This document shows positions 33,864 through 42,547 of a stretch of DNA of 64,000 nt, piece by piece (within the stretch, counting starts at the first letter, position 1; each line of letters starts with the position of its first letter). Source of the DNA: a phage; sequence record PZ027503.1; one strand, 5' to 3'. The position numbers and the translations under genes are program-made. Under the pieces are notes generated by a model. It ran no database searches, was not told the origin of the DNA, and saw only the letters and a program-made list of their open reading frames with translations.

Positions 33864-34024
33864 AATTCTTAAAAAGTTTAAATAATTTGAGGGATTTTTG
33901 AGATAATGGATAGTGGGAATTTGATATAACCTTTAATCTTATTAGTAGACCTTCAGGAACCCACTTAGATCGAATCCTAGTGATGCAAACTGAAAAAGAT
34001 AAGGGTTTGTATAGGACAAAATAA

Positions 34025-34055
34025 CAGGCTCTCTACGGTGCTGTAGGAGCCTTAT
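34025..34055. terminator. bidirectional terminator
   Basis: GGCTCTCTACGGTGCTGTAGGAGCC hairpin with T-rich flanks. Confidence 0.5.
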
Positions 34056-34107
34056 TTCTATGCTACAAAGTGACACCTTTGTTCTAAAAATGAAAAAAGT
34101 TAAAATA

Positions 34108-34650
34108 TCACAAATATCGTCTTTGCGGTATTTTGTCTGGGAAAAGTATTTCGATCAGTTTATTATGATATTTACCTAAAAGATTCTGCCCTTTCCAGGT
34201 GGCAGGGTTTAGCACCCCTGGTTCATACATCCCCATTCCAATTCCGTAAACCTTATCGTAGGGGCTTGCTTCAACAAACGTTTTGTATTGGTAAAGGTGT
34301 AAGTCTGCATACAAATCTGGATTCTGTACATATTTCAAGCATAAACCTCGCATAACAATACGCTCACGGTTCTCTTCCCATACGTTGTTATCAAAATCCG
34401 ACACTGCCCTACCCATACGTTTGTAATAAGCTTGGATCTTCTCATCTTTCCGTATCAAACTATGAGTCAGAATAGCCTGTGCAGTGTTGTGATCATTAAA
34501 AAGCAAAGCTTTACGCCACATCATGTATTGTTCGACACAATTAAATGTCTGATTGTAACCTGGTTCGGTTTCTGTAAAGGGTGCAATATACCAATTACTA
34601 AAAACATCTTTATGTGAAAAGAAGAATACATAATCATCAGTTATTCGCAT
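34108..34650 (-). CDS. NADAR (YbiA-like) domain protein
   Basis: FFFSHKDVFSNWYIAPF and CVEQYMMWRKALLF motifs typical of YbiA/NADAR. Confidence 0.75.
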   Translation of the reverse strand: MRITDDYVFFFSHKDVFSNWYIAPFTETEPGYNQTFNCVEQYMMWRKALLFNDHNTAQAILTHSLIRKDEKIQAYYKRMGRAVSDFDNNVWEENRERIVMRGLCLKYVQNPDLYADLHLYQYKTFVEASPYDKVYGIGMGMYEPGVLNPATWKGQNLLGKYHNKLIEILFPDKIPQRRYL

Positions 34651-34861
34651 TTTTCATACTCTCCAAAATTTCACGTTGCCCTTGCTGATAGGCTTTCATC
34701 AGAACTACTTTAAGGTTTGTCTCCAAGAGGTCTTCATTGTAATTATACCGCTCCACAACATATGTCAATTCATCATAAAGATCAAGAACGGGGTAGAATA
34801 CAGGGTTATCTGCTAAACGTGCCATAATTTCTCCTTTGTTAGTCCATCCACCAGTAGCCAT
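34637..34861 (-). CDS. hypothetical protein (74 aa)
   Basis: ORF track. Confidence 0.5.
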   Translation of the reverse strand: MATGGWTNKGEIMARLADNPVFYPVLDLYDELTYVVERYNYNEDLLETNLKVVLMKAYQQGQREILESMKNANN

Positions 34862-35204
34862 AAACTGCGTCTGCGTCGATGAGTTTGTGTTTGTTGTTTC
34901 GCATGTAGTCTAAGATAAGTAGACGTTTATTGTATCTGGAGAGATTATGACCCTCTTTTCCGCCATAGTCAAAATATTTTGCAAGATCTTTGCACTCAAA
35001 CAAAATTAGTTCGGGAGTTTCTTCACACTGGTCTGTCTGGTACACTTGACGAATGATCATGTATACATCATCGTCTTCCGCTAAATGCTCTACTGGTCCA
35101 CATCCAGCAGGAACAAATTCATAGTCCCATCTGATCAGATGTTTCTCTACTGCTTCAAAGAAGTCCATTCTTTCGTTGCGCATAATTTGAACGTCAACTA
35201 ACAT
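34839..35204 (-). CDS. hypothetical protein (121 aa)
   Basis: ORF track. Confidence 0.55.
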   Translation of the reverse strand: MLVDVQIMRNERMDFFEAVEKHLIRWDYEFVPAGCGPVEHLAEDDDVYMIIRQVYQTDQCEETPELILFECKDLAKYFDYGGKEGHNLSRYNKRLLILDYMRNNKHKLIDADAVYGYWWMD

Positions 35205-36205
35205 GTTTCCTCCTGTAATATTCCACCATAAAGTTTATAAATGTTTTGTATTGATGCCAGACAAGATAGCTCCACTGTTTCTGTGTAGCCGTCTGGCATA
35301 GCATATTTGCTCACTGCTTCTGTGTCTAACACCTTTTTGCAATACTTTTCTGAATTTTTGCACTGCTTCACAGTGGGGAACTGCCACACTTGAACTTGTC
35401 TCATAGTAAACACATTGCGGCTATTCTGTTCTTTGATACGGCGATCACTACTATTGGCAATACCAAACTTCAGTGCACAAAGAATACCATCTTCATCATA
35501 AATATGATTAATGTAACATTGTTGTTGGTTTTGGCCCCCGCACTGCGGACACCCACTCCCCTTATGTAGCAAACCATCTGCACGCCCTATCTGTTCCCCG
35601 TGCTCCTTACATCCATATTTAAACTTACCCATTGTTGAAGGTTTACCGATCCATCCTACCCATATATATCCTCTCCTTTCTACTTCCTTTCTTGTTCTAT
35701 AGGTGGTCTGATCCTCTGTGTATTTGTAACTTGTAGAACAGCGGCAAGGGAGACACCCACGTTTAAGATGACTTCCGGTAGCATAGAATTTACCATCACA
35801 CACCCCAGCTTCCACATATTCATCATGAGAGCAAACAGGACATTCAACCATCCATACTATATCACACCCTTTACGTTCCCCTGTATTGGTGAAAATAGTG
35901 CCTTCCTTAAATTTACCTACCTTCATAAAATCTTGTATGTGTTGCTGGTCTGGAATAGTGATAGCTTTGCTTCTCTTTTTCGAACGTTCCCTGTAGGCGC
36001 ACTTAGGACAACCTCGACCATCTTTAAAACTGTGAAACGTTGTAGTATTCCATTCATGACCATGCTCACAACGATTGATCATCTTCGTATGCACACCTTT
36101 ATCTTCTCCATACGTGCCGAGAATGGTAATCCCTTTAGCCTCAGCTATCGGCTTACATTCTTCCATATATGTTTCAATACTCTTCTTTACTGGCATATCT
36201 AACAA
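35198..36205 (-). CDS. protein with three zinc-ribbon repeats and C-terminal GIY-YIG/T5orf172-like segment (possible nuclease)
   Basis: three CxxHG...GxGCPxC repeats; C-terminal HIY...KFGIANSSDRRIKEQN. Confidence 0.5.
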   Translation of the reverse strand: MLDMPVKKSIETYMEECKPIAEAKGITILGTYGEDKGVHTKMINRCEHGHEWNTTTFHSFKDGRGCPKCAYRERSKKRSKAITIPDQQHIQDFMKVGKFKEGTIFTNTGERKGCDIVWMVECPVCSHDEYVEAGVCDGKFYATGSHLKRGCLPCRCSTSYKYTEDQTTYRTRKEVERRGYIWVGWIGKPSTMGKFKYGCKEHGEQIGRADGLLHKGSGCPQCGGQNQQQCYINHIYDEDGILCALKFGIANSSDRRIKEQNSRNVFTMRQVQVWQFPTVKQCKNSEKYCKKVLDTEAVSKYAMPDGYTETVELSCLASIQNIYKLYGGILQEETC

Positions 36206-36237
36206 TTCTCTTCCTATTAAACTGAAATCAATATAAC

Positions 36238-36257
36238 AAAACCCGCCGAAGCGGGTT
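36238..36257 (-). terminator. intrinsic terminator or attenuator
   Basis: AAACCCGCCGAAGCGGGTTT hairpin, identical stem to 2286-2307. Confidence 0.45.
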
Positions 36258-36274
36258 TAGCTATTTGTGCTGTA

Positions 36275-37414
36275 TCAGAATACGCTACCCAGTGTGGTAG
36301 ATCGCTGCGTTACAGGCTCCAGCACCACTCGCAGAGTGTTTCCTGGTGTAGTGCTCATCACCAGGATCTTACCACCTTCAATCAGATCACAAGTTAGACC
36401 ATCAGCAGTTGCACATAGATCAATATGTGGGTCGCCATCTTCGTCTAGGATAACATAACTATTGGTTTCCATTGCTTCCACTTCATCATCTTTCAAGCTT
36501 TGTAGATAGATGTTCAAGGAACAAGCACCCGACAAAAACTTAGTAGGGGTAAAGTCGTGCCAGTTATTGATCCAATTCACCTTCAAGGTTTTACCATTAG
36601 CTACAATAGAAGCCACATTCCATTTAGCATCATTGCCTAAAGAAATACCCATCATTTCAAGACATTCTTTAAAAGTCATTTTTGGATAGAAATTCAATTC
36701 TTCTACAATGCCTTGAATAACATCGAAAGACAACTCTGTGCTAACATCCCATAAACGTTGGAAGTTATCTACGTGTTTTTTATTTACCAAGTTCTTATCC
36801 AAGTAATCTAACATAGTTTCACTAGACAGTTTATCGTAATTGAAACTGTAGTAGATACGACTAGGACGGTTTACAAAATATTCCGAGATATAGCCACTAT
36901 TTTTAGTGAGGATGTAAAGTTTATTCCCACTTCCTGTTCCATCCAACAAGGTCAACAGTGCTTCCTGATCTTCTTTCTTAGCGTACACTTTATCAAATTC
37001 GTCAAATAAAACAACAGCACGATCTGTAATTTTACTCATAAATTCTAAGAAGCCAGCATCTGTGTAAGGCTGTGTAACCAAAATGGTTGGAATACCTAAA
37101 CCTTCTGTGGACATTAGAGACATGCTAATCAGTTTAGCTAACATCGTCTTACCACTGCCTTTTGTCCCTGTCAGTAACACCCCAGTATTTTTACCTTCTT
37201 TACTACGACGAGCAAATGTTTTAATAACATGTGCGGCGCGATCTTTAGTTTCCCCATAAAGAGTGTTCGGAAGAGAGAAACTTTCGCCACGCACTAAAGA
37301 GTAGTTACCGTGCGGATCGCAGTTGACAACCCAAACTCCAGCAGGAAGTTTATTAGCTTCAACACCATATTCCTTATTTACAACAGCCACATCTCCAAAA
37401 ATAGTGTATTTCAT
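36275..37414 (-). CDS. P-loop NTPase (AAA-type ATPase)
   Basis: Walker A LLTGTKGSGKT; Walker B AVVLFDEFDK. Confidence 0.7.
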   Translation of the reverse strand: MKYTIFGDVAVVNKEYGVEANKLPAGVWVVNCDPHGNYSLVRGESFSLPNTLYGETKDRAAHVIKTFARRSKEGKNTGVLLTGTKGSGKTMLAKLISMSLMSTEGLGIPTILVTQPYTDAGFLEFMSKITDRAVVLFDEFDKVYAKKEDQEALLTLLDGTGSGNKLYILTKNSGYISEYFVNRPSRIYYSFNYDKLSSETMLDYLDKNLVNKKHVDNFQRLWDVSTELSFDVIQGIVEELNFYPKMTFKECLEMMGISLGNDAKWNVASIVANGKTLKVNWINNWHDFTPTKFLSGACSLNIYLQSLKDDEVEAMETNSYVILDEDGDPHIDLCATADGLTCDLIEGGKILVMSTTPGNTLRVVLEPVTQRSTTLGSVF

Positions 37415-37770
37415 TAGAACGTTTCTCCTTTTAAAATAATTACTGTAAACTTTGCAGTTTTTTCACTCTTAATATTCTTGATTAATAAGTACTCTCCTCC
37501 AGGGGCATCTTTGTATTGTTTAATAGCTACTATTTCATTTTTGCAAGTAGCTATAATCGAATAAAAAGGACGTTCCGTGTTATCTTCTTTTCCTGTATAT
37601 GCCTCAACATCTTGGCACTCTTCTAGAACACCATTTCCAGGTGTATAGTAAAATTTGTTGCCTGTGATCACAACATCTTTACCAATATCTGTTTTAACTG
37701 CTACAAATTTTTGAGCGTAAGTGGTGAAGCTTACGGTAGCCAGCAATGTGGCTAAGATTAATTTTTTCAT
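37414..37770 (-). CDS. secreted protein with signal peptide (118 aa)
   Basis: ORF track frame; start at ATG with GGAGGG RBS; MKKLILATLLATVSFTTYA. Confidence 0.6.
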   Translation of the reverse strand: MKKLILATLLATVSFTTYAQKFVAVKTDIGKDVVITGNKFYYTPGNGVLEECQDVEAYTGKEDNTERPFYSIIATCKNEIVAIKQYKDAPGGEYLLIKNIKSEKTAKFTVIILKGETF

Positions 37771-37781
37771 AAACTTCCCTC

Positions 37782-37946
37782 CTATTCCCACAACATACAA
37801 ATCGCAGCGACAAACATATTAGCAATAGCTGCACCAAGAACTATAAACATCGCCAGTTCAGAACAATATTCACCAACCAGAGGGGATACTATTGCACAGA
37901 GTAGTCCCAATGTCAAACACAAGTTGATGATGAAGTTTAAAATCAT
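37782..37946 (-). CDS. membrane micro-protein (54 aa)
   Basis: hand-translated MILNFIINLCLTLGLLCAIVSPLVGEYCSELAMFIVLGAAIANMFVAAICMLWE; AAGGAG RBS. Confidence 0.4.
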   Translation of the reverse strand: MILNFIINLCLTLGLLCAIVSPLVGEYCSELAMFIVLGAAIANMFVAAICMLWE

Positions 37947-37955
37947 ATTCTCTCC

Positions 37956-38147
37956 TTACAACCAACCCTTTGCCTGGTAGCCTTTAGAAAATCCATTTTC
38001 CCATTCTTCGAATTCCTTTTTGTGTGTCATTGGACAGTATGGATTTACTTTATTAAACATACCAAACTTGAACCCTGCGGTATACCCTTTCTTAAAAGCT
38101 ATTGATTCTAAAGAGATCATATTCTTTCTCCTCTTAGAACTCGACAA
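37956..38147 (-). CDS. hypothetical protein (63 aa)
   Basis: ORF track. Confidence 0.5.
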   Translation of the reverse strand: MSSSKRRKNMISLESIAFKKGYTAGFKFGMFNKVNPYCPMTHKKEFEEWENGFSKGYQAKGWL

Positions 38148-38385
38148 TGATTTTGTCTAAGTGTTCTGCTTCAACTTGGGATAATGTTAACACCTGCACC
38201 AAACCTCTGTCAATGCCTAATTTGATCACTTGCAAATAATCACCGAAAAGATCAGAGATTTCAATCTGGTGTTCAGTAACCACCACGACCTCGTTACCCT
38301 TGGTATACTCTCTCCAGATTCGTCCACACTTGTAAATGAAATCTTTCTGGTCTTCACTGATCATCTTAGGCTTAACGCTTAACAT
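38134..38385 (-). CDS. hypothetical protein (83 aa)
   Basis: ORF track. Confidence 0.5.
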   Translation of the reverse strand: MLSVKPKMISEDQKDFIYKCGRIWREYTKGNEVVVVTEHQIEISDLFGDYLQVIKLGIDRGLVQVLTLSQVEAEHLDKIIVEF

Positions 38386-38741
38386 TACATACTCCCGTAT
38401 TCTGGTTCAATATTATGTTTACGACAAATGGTATCCCAACGTTCATTACCAAAACTTCTTCCATGTAGAGCGTTAAATGCGAAATGCTCTGCCAACCACA
38501 ATACTACATCATCAGGATCTGTGTCAAGAGGAATTCTAAACTCTCGATCATAACGCATACGCAGAATAAAATCCTTATCATCTTCAAGGAGATACATGTG
38601 ACTTTTAGCCCGTGATGCCAAATCAAAGAAAGGAGGCTCATCTTTCCAAACGTGACGCTCAACTTCAACACCATGATCAACTACCAGAGTAGCGATTACC
38701 TCTCTCATTTCTTTACTAAACATATTACCTCCATTAACCAA
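38385..38741 (-). CDS. hypothetical protein (118 aa)
   Basis: ORF track. Confidence 0.55.
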   Translation of the reverse strand: MVNGGNMFSKEMREVIATLVVDHGVEVERHVWKDEPPFFDLASRAKSHMYLLEDDKDFILRMRYDREFRIPLDTDPDDVVLWLAEHFAFNALHGRSFGNERWDTICRKHNIEPEYGSM

Positions 38742-38922
38742 TTAGTTCAACCGATTTGCAAATGTAAATCCAAACTGGAGTGAGCATAAGAGCTATACCG
38801 AATGCACAATTCCACTTAATTCCCATTTCCTCTATTAGAGACATGATTAAGCCAACAGCACTAATAATCAGATAGATCCCTAAGAAAGCCATTGTGAAGA
38901 ATTCAGACATATTTAGCTCCAA
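38734..38922 (-). CDS. small membrane protein (62 aa)
   Basis: ORF track; two TM helices. Confidence 0.5.
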   Translation of the reverse strand: MELNMSEFFTMAFLGIYLIISAVGLIMSLIEEMGIKWNCAFGIALMLTPVWIYICKSVELIG

Positions 38923-39269
38923 AGATTATCAAAATAACTAGCGAATAAAAGACGGCCCTCTAACCGTGCCTTCCTTTGATCTTCAGCATACACGATTTCT
39001 GGATTACCACTATCAATAAAAGCATTCTCCATCTTTTCTAAAATATTTAACCACTCTCTTCTACCTGTCTCCTCTTCTTCATCTGTATACGGCGCACTTC
39101 TATTTGGATACAAAACACGCATCAGTTTAGTGGGGATCATGACAAACGTGCTATTGTTTGCCTTCTCACGGAAGGCTTTAATTCCTGCATAGATTACCTT
39201 CCCCAAAGCTGCATCCAAATCCATCAGGTCACTTTCTTCTATTTGAATTTCATCGTGTACAATTTTCAT
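38913..39269 (-). CDS. hypothetical protein (118 aa)
   Basis: ORF track. Confidence 0.55.
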   Translation of the reverse strand: MKIVHDEIQIEESDLMDLDAALGKVIYAGIKAFREKANNSTFVMIPTKLMRVLYPNRSAPYTDEEEETGRREWLNILEKMENAFIDSGNPEIVYAEDQRKARLEGRLLFASYFDNLWS

Positions 39270-39553
39270 CGTGCCTTCTCCCGATCTGCATCTAATTTCA
39301 ACAAGAAAGCTGTATACTCTTCCGAACCTTGGTGTAAAAACATGTGATAAGAGCTTACCAGTTTCTTCGTTGTCGTATAACGTTCCATTTCCCCAACAAC
39401 ACCTCCACCTAGTGTGTAGAGCACAATACCTTCAACTCCAACATAGGTTACTACTTCAACCAAGTCTGTGTTATCCCAATAGTAGTTAGGTGACACAATA
39501 AGATCGCCAACTGCCAGTTTAATGTTTGCTACTTCATCTTGTGAATAATACAT
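39266..39553 (-). CDS. hypothetical protein (95 aa)
   Basis: ORF track frame; start at internal ATG with GAGAGGAGAA RBS. Confidence 0.55.
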   Translation of the reverse strand: MYYSQDEVANIKLAVGDLIVSPNYYWDNTDLVEVVTYVGVEGIVLYTLGGGVVGEMERYTTTKKLVSSYHMFLHQGSEEYTAFLLKLDADREKAR

Positions 39554-39590
39554 TTGGTTCTCCTCTCTTAATTGATGGAAATAGTATACC

Positions 39591-40082
39591 TTACCACATA
39601 ATCTCGCGCAACTCTTTTTCTTCTTTAAAATTACGCAAGTTTTCCAGTGCACGGTTTAGGTCTTCTTCCGTCTCTGCTTTCTGGACTTTTTCCATCATTT
39701 TCGCAACAATATTTTTCTTAACTTGCAAATCTGGAACAGGCATACGTTTTTCCATTTCATAAACTTCTCGTTTATGACGTTCCTCCATCTCTGCTTTTTC
39801 TTTTACCCAATCCGCCTCGTCCATTGCACCTTTGCAGACACAAGTGTAACCTTTAATAGTATAATCACCATGTTCAATACCAGGTTGAAGAGCTAAGGCT
39901 TCATTACCACAATACGCGCACAACGGACGACCTGGCATTTTCAAAGTTTTGGTAGCCTTAGCGCCACATTGACTATCCCAGCTTGTTTTATAACTGGAAC
40001 CGTTGTCTCCGTGAGAACGACCAACCAAGAAGTTACGGAAGAAACCCATAGCACGTTCGTCAATGTAATCAGGGTAAGCCAT
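39591..40082 (-). CDS. Cys-rich protein with coiled-coil C-terminus (163 aa)
   Basis: ORF track; CAYCG...CVCKG. Confidence 0.55.
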   Translation of the reverse strand: MAYPDYIDERAMGFFRNFLVGRSHGDNGSSYKTSWDSQCGAKATKTLKMPGRPLCAYCGNEALALQPGIEHGDYTIKGYTCVCKGAMDEADWVKEKAEMEERHKREVYEMEKRMPVPDLQVKKNIVAKMMEKVQKAETEEDLNRALENLRNFKEEKELREIMW

Positions 40083-40094
40083 TATATTCTCCTT

Positions 40095-40388
40095 TCACAT
40101 TAAGACACGTTTTGTGTCGATGGGTGCATTATCAAACATGTTAAGAACATTGTCAAGCAGTTTTACTAATTCGTTTGTAATTTGTTCCTTTGAACGGGAG
40201 GAAGTGAGCACTTTGCTTTCACCAACAATATGCATAACTTTTATAGGAGCGTCTAAAATGATGTTGTGCTGACGATCCTCTTCAAAAGAAGCCAACCATT
40301 TCTCATTGTTACCGTGCAAGGCTATAATCACACCAAAACCGTTAATTGTTTCAGAAATATTCTTAGTTGCTAAAGTAATGTTCATCAT
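40095..40388 (-). CDS. hypothetical protein (97 aa)
   Basis: ORF track. Confidence 0.55.
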   Translation of the reverse strand: MMNITLATKNISETINGFGVIIALHGNNEKWLASFEEDRQHNIILDAPIKVMHIVGESKVLTSSRSKEQITNELVKLLDNVLNMFDNAPIDTKRVLM

Positions 40389-40443
40389 CTACCTCTCTTG
40401 TTAATGTTCATACATGATACCTGAAAATAATTTCAGATCAAGT

Positions 40444-40471
40444 GTTGACATGCTTTTTAGTCCTGTTAAGA
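40444..40471 (+). promoter_or_regulatory. sigma70-like promoter for rightward operon
   Basis: TTGACA-N16-TAAGAT, then GAGGAG RBS and ATG 40503. Confidence 0.55.
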
Positions 40472-40502
40472 TCAACTCATACAAAACGAGAGGAGAAAAC
40501 AA

Positions 40503-40931
40503 ATGCAAAACATGACTTGGACCGAAGCTAAAGAAGCGATGCAGAATGGCAAACGTGTGAAGCACGAATACTTCTGTAGTGATGAGTGGTTTGAGATGCA
40601 ATACGGTGTTATTCTGGATGAGCATGGCTACAATATGTCAAACTGGTTCCGAGGGGAAGCTTGGCAGGAACAGGGTTGGTTTGTAATTGAAAAAGAAGAC
40701 AGTAAGGAAGAAGGCGTGTTGTCTAATGTAGAACGCGAGATGAGGGAAACAAAGATACCTGCTTTGGATTTTGTATACCTGGAAGAACTTGTGGCAGCAT
40801 CTTTTGTAGCAGGAAACCTTTGGAATACACCTGTTAGCCGACTGGAGAACCAAAATAACCCGTCTGCTCGTAATCACAAGCTTTATAAGGGTAAAGGTCA
40901 CAACAAATTAAAGAAAGGAAAGAAGAAATGA
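40503..40931 (+). CDS. protein with DUF2829-like (Tad2-like) N-terminal domain and basic tail
   Basis: WTEAKEAMQNGKRVKHEYF...WFRGEAWQEQGWFVIE pattern; function call tentative. Confidence 0.45.
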   Translation: MQNMTWTEAKEAMQNGKRVKHEYFCSDEWFEMQYGVILDEHGYNMSNWFRGEAWQEQGWFVIEKEDSKEEGVLSNVEREMRETKIPALDFVYLEELVAASFVAGNLWNTPVSRLENQNNPSARNHKLYKGKGHNKLKKGKKK

Positions 40932-41074
40932 TCTACAAAAACAAGTTCACTGGTTGTCTCCGTAAATTTATCGATAAGAAAGGGTATGTTTCTCTTGACA
41001 ACGGGGCTACATGGATAGAGAATGGTGCTTCAGAACAATTGATTAAAGCTTTGCCTTACTACGAGGAGGTTTAA
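40928..41074 (+). CDS. small protein (48 aa)
   Basis: hand-translated MIYKNKFTGCLRKFIDKKGYVSLDNGATWIENGASEQLIKALPYYEEV; ATGA overlap upstream. Confidence 0.4.
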   Translation: MIYKNKFTGCLRKFIDKKGYVSLDNGATWIENGASEQLIKALPYYEEV

Positions 41075-41398
41075 ATGTCAAACAGCCTGTTTAGCGTGTC
41101 AATTGCACCACGTGTCAACATCCGTTGTCAGTTTGTTACTTTACCTGGTGTAACGCATATCACATTAGAATACGATCCTCGTTCACGAGAGAACCCAATT
41201 ACAGGTAAGATTGATTCAGCCTACGGCGACTTCCTGATGGATCACCAAGCGATCTTATGTTGTGTGCAACGCTTACAGGCAGGGTCTTTATACATCTTTA
41301 AGAAAACGGTGTTCCAAGAGATTGCTCAAGCAGTTGAAAGTGGTATGGAGACTCTTAACGCTATGATTGAAGCAGCCAACAAGAAGGAGGTTTTATGA
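41075..41398 (+). CDS. hypothetical protein (107 aa)
   Basis: ORF track. Confidence 0.55.
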   Translation: MSNSLFSVSIAPRVNIRCQFVTLPGVTHITLEYDPRSRENPITGKIDSAYGDFLMDHQAILCCVQRLQAGSLYIFKKTVFQEIAQAVESGMETLNAMIEAANKKEVL

Positions 41399-41655
41399 CA
41401 CTTTATCACGTAACTACAGAAGGCGACTGTGAAGGCCGCACTACAAAAGATTTGGGGTATGTTGAAGCAGATTCACCTGAACATGCTATCAAATACCTGC
41501 ATTCCATCGGGAAGTATGCGGGTTATGAGTATACTATCTACGAGGTTGAAATTATTAACCTTATACAAGTGGCAACTCCTATGGCAGAGTTGAAACATCT
41601 TAAGGCAAAAGTAAGACCTGGTATAGTGTCCGATTACAAAGGGGAAGTAAAGTGA
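41395..41655 (+). CDS. hypothetical protein (86 aa)
   Basis: ORF track. Confidence 0.55.
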   Translation: MTLYHVTTEGDCEGRTTKDLGYVEADSPEHAIKYLHSIGKYAGYEYTIYEVEIINLIQVATPMAELKHLKAKVRPGIVSDYKGEVK

Positions 41656-41864
41656 GTGGATGGATTAAAGTATCTGGTACTGAGGATGTTCCTATCGGAG
41701 AGTGGCTTGTAATCATGGCAAACGGCAAGAAGGGATTCTGTGAGGTTAACAAAACACGCAATGGCACGATAGCTGTTATCAATGGTCATTTTTATTTTGA
41801 CTTGGCACCTGTGATCGCATACCATGAACTACCAACATATGAAGAGGAGATTAACAATGGCTAA
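41652..41864 (+). CDS. hypothetical protein (70 aa)
   Basis: ORF track. Confidence 0.5.
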   Translation: MSGWIKVSGTEDVPIGEWLVIMANGKKGFCEVNKTRNGTIAVINGHFYFDLAPVIAYHELPTYEEEINNG

Positions 41865-41866
41865 CA

Positions 41867-42180
41867 AAGAACCACATGTATATACTGCACTGGTAAAACA
41901 TTTGAACAAAGAACGTAACAGGATCATTGCAGATTATCGTAAATTTAAACGTAGTAGTCTAAATCGTAAATACATGCCACATGCAGCTTTTGACGCTACA
42001 CGTGCAGTATTTCGTGCAAAGATTGCGGAAATGGATAATCTGCTTAAGCTTGCACGATTATCTATTCATGCATCCAAAGTAACAGGAGTCACTCACTTCT
42101 TTGACTTCGATACTAAAGCACTATATGCACCAGAAGCAGGTGAACAATTGATTTATCTACTTACCAAAAATAAGTGTTGA
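41867..42180 (+). CDS. hypothetical protein (104 aa)
   Basis: ORF track frame; start at ATG after GAGGAG RBS. Confidence 0.55.
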
Positions 42181-42234
42181 CTTTTTTCAAAAAATATGCT
42201 ACCCTAACCCCGAAGGGTCGAGCGATAGCGAGTA
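42177..42234 (+). promoter_or_regulatory. conserved element copy 2 (TTGACT...TACCCT...GAGCGATAGCGAGTA)
   Basis: near-identical to 5305-5361; followed by ~115-nt inverted-repeat-rich leader. Confidence 0.4.
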
Positions 42235-42349
42235 TAGATTATGTAATAGATTAATCTCTATCGTTAGATGTTCGAAGAACAGAGATTTAAGTACTTGTTC
42301 TTATCGGTAGATGATCGTAAGATCAAGAACAATAATAGGAGAGTGTGTT

Positions 42350-42547
42350 ATGTTAGTCAGTGAAATACTACCTGACTCTAATGGTAATCAGATCACTGTT
42401 GATTGGTTTCCTGGTACTGGTACACTAGATCTAACTGCTGAATGGTCTGGTGATATTTATGGAGAAGGTGTATTATCATTGTCTACAGAACAAATGATCA
42501 TCCTTCGTGACTTCTTAATTAGTTTAGATCTAGGAGAAAACAAATGA
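42350..42547 (+). CDS. hypothetical protein (65 aa)
   Basis: ORF track frame; start at ATG with AGGAGAG RBS. Confidence 0.5.
   Translation: MLVSEILPDSNGNQITVDWFPGTGTLDLTAEWSGDIYGEGVLSLSTEQMIILRDFLISLDLGENK

Noticed and set aside
5305-42234. The two TTGACT...GAGCGATAGCGAGTA copies as terminal inverted repeats of an insertion element
   Set aside because: Both copies are in the same orientation, 37 kb apart, and nothing resembling a transposase lies between them or nearby.
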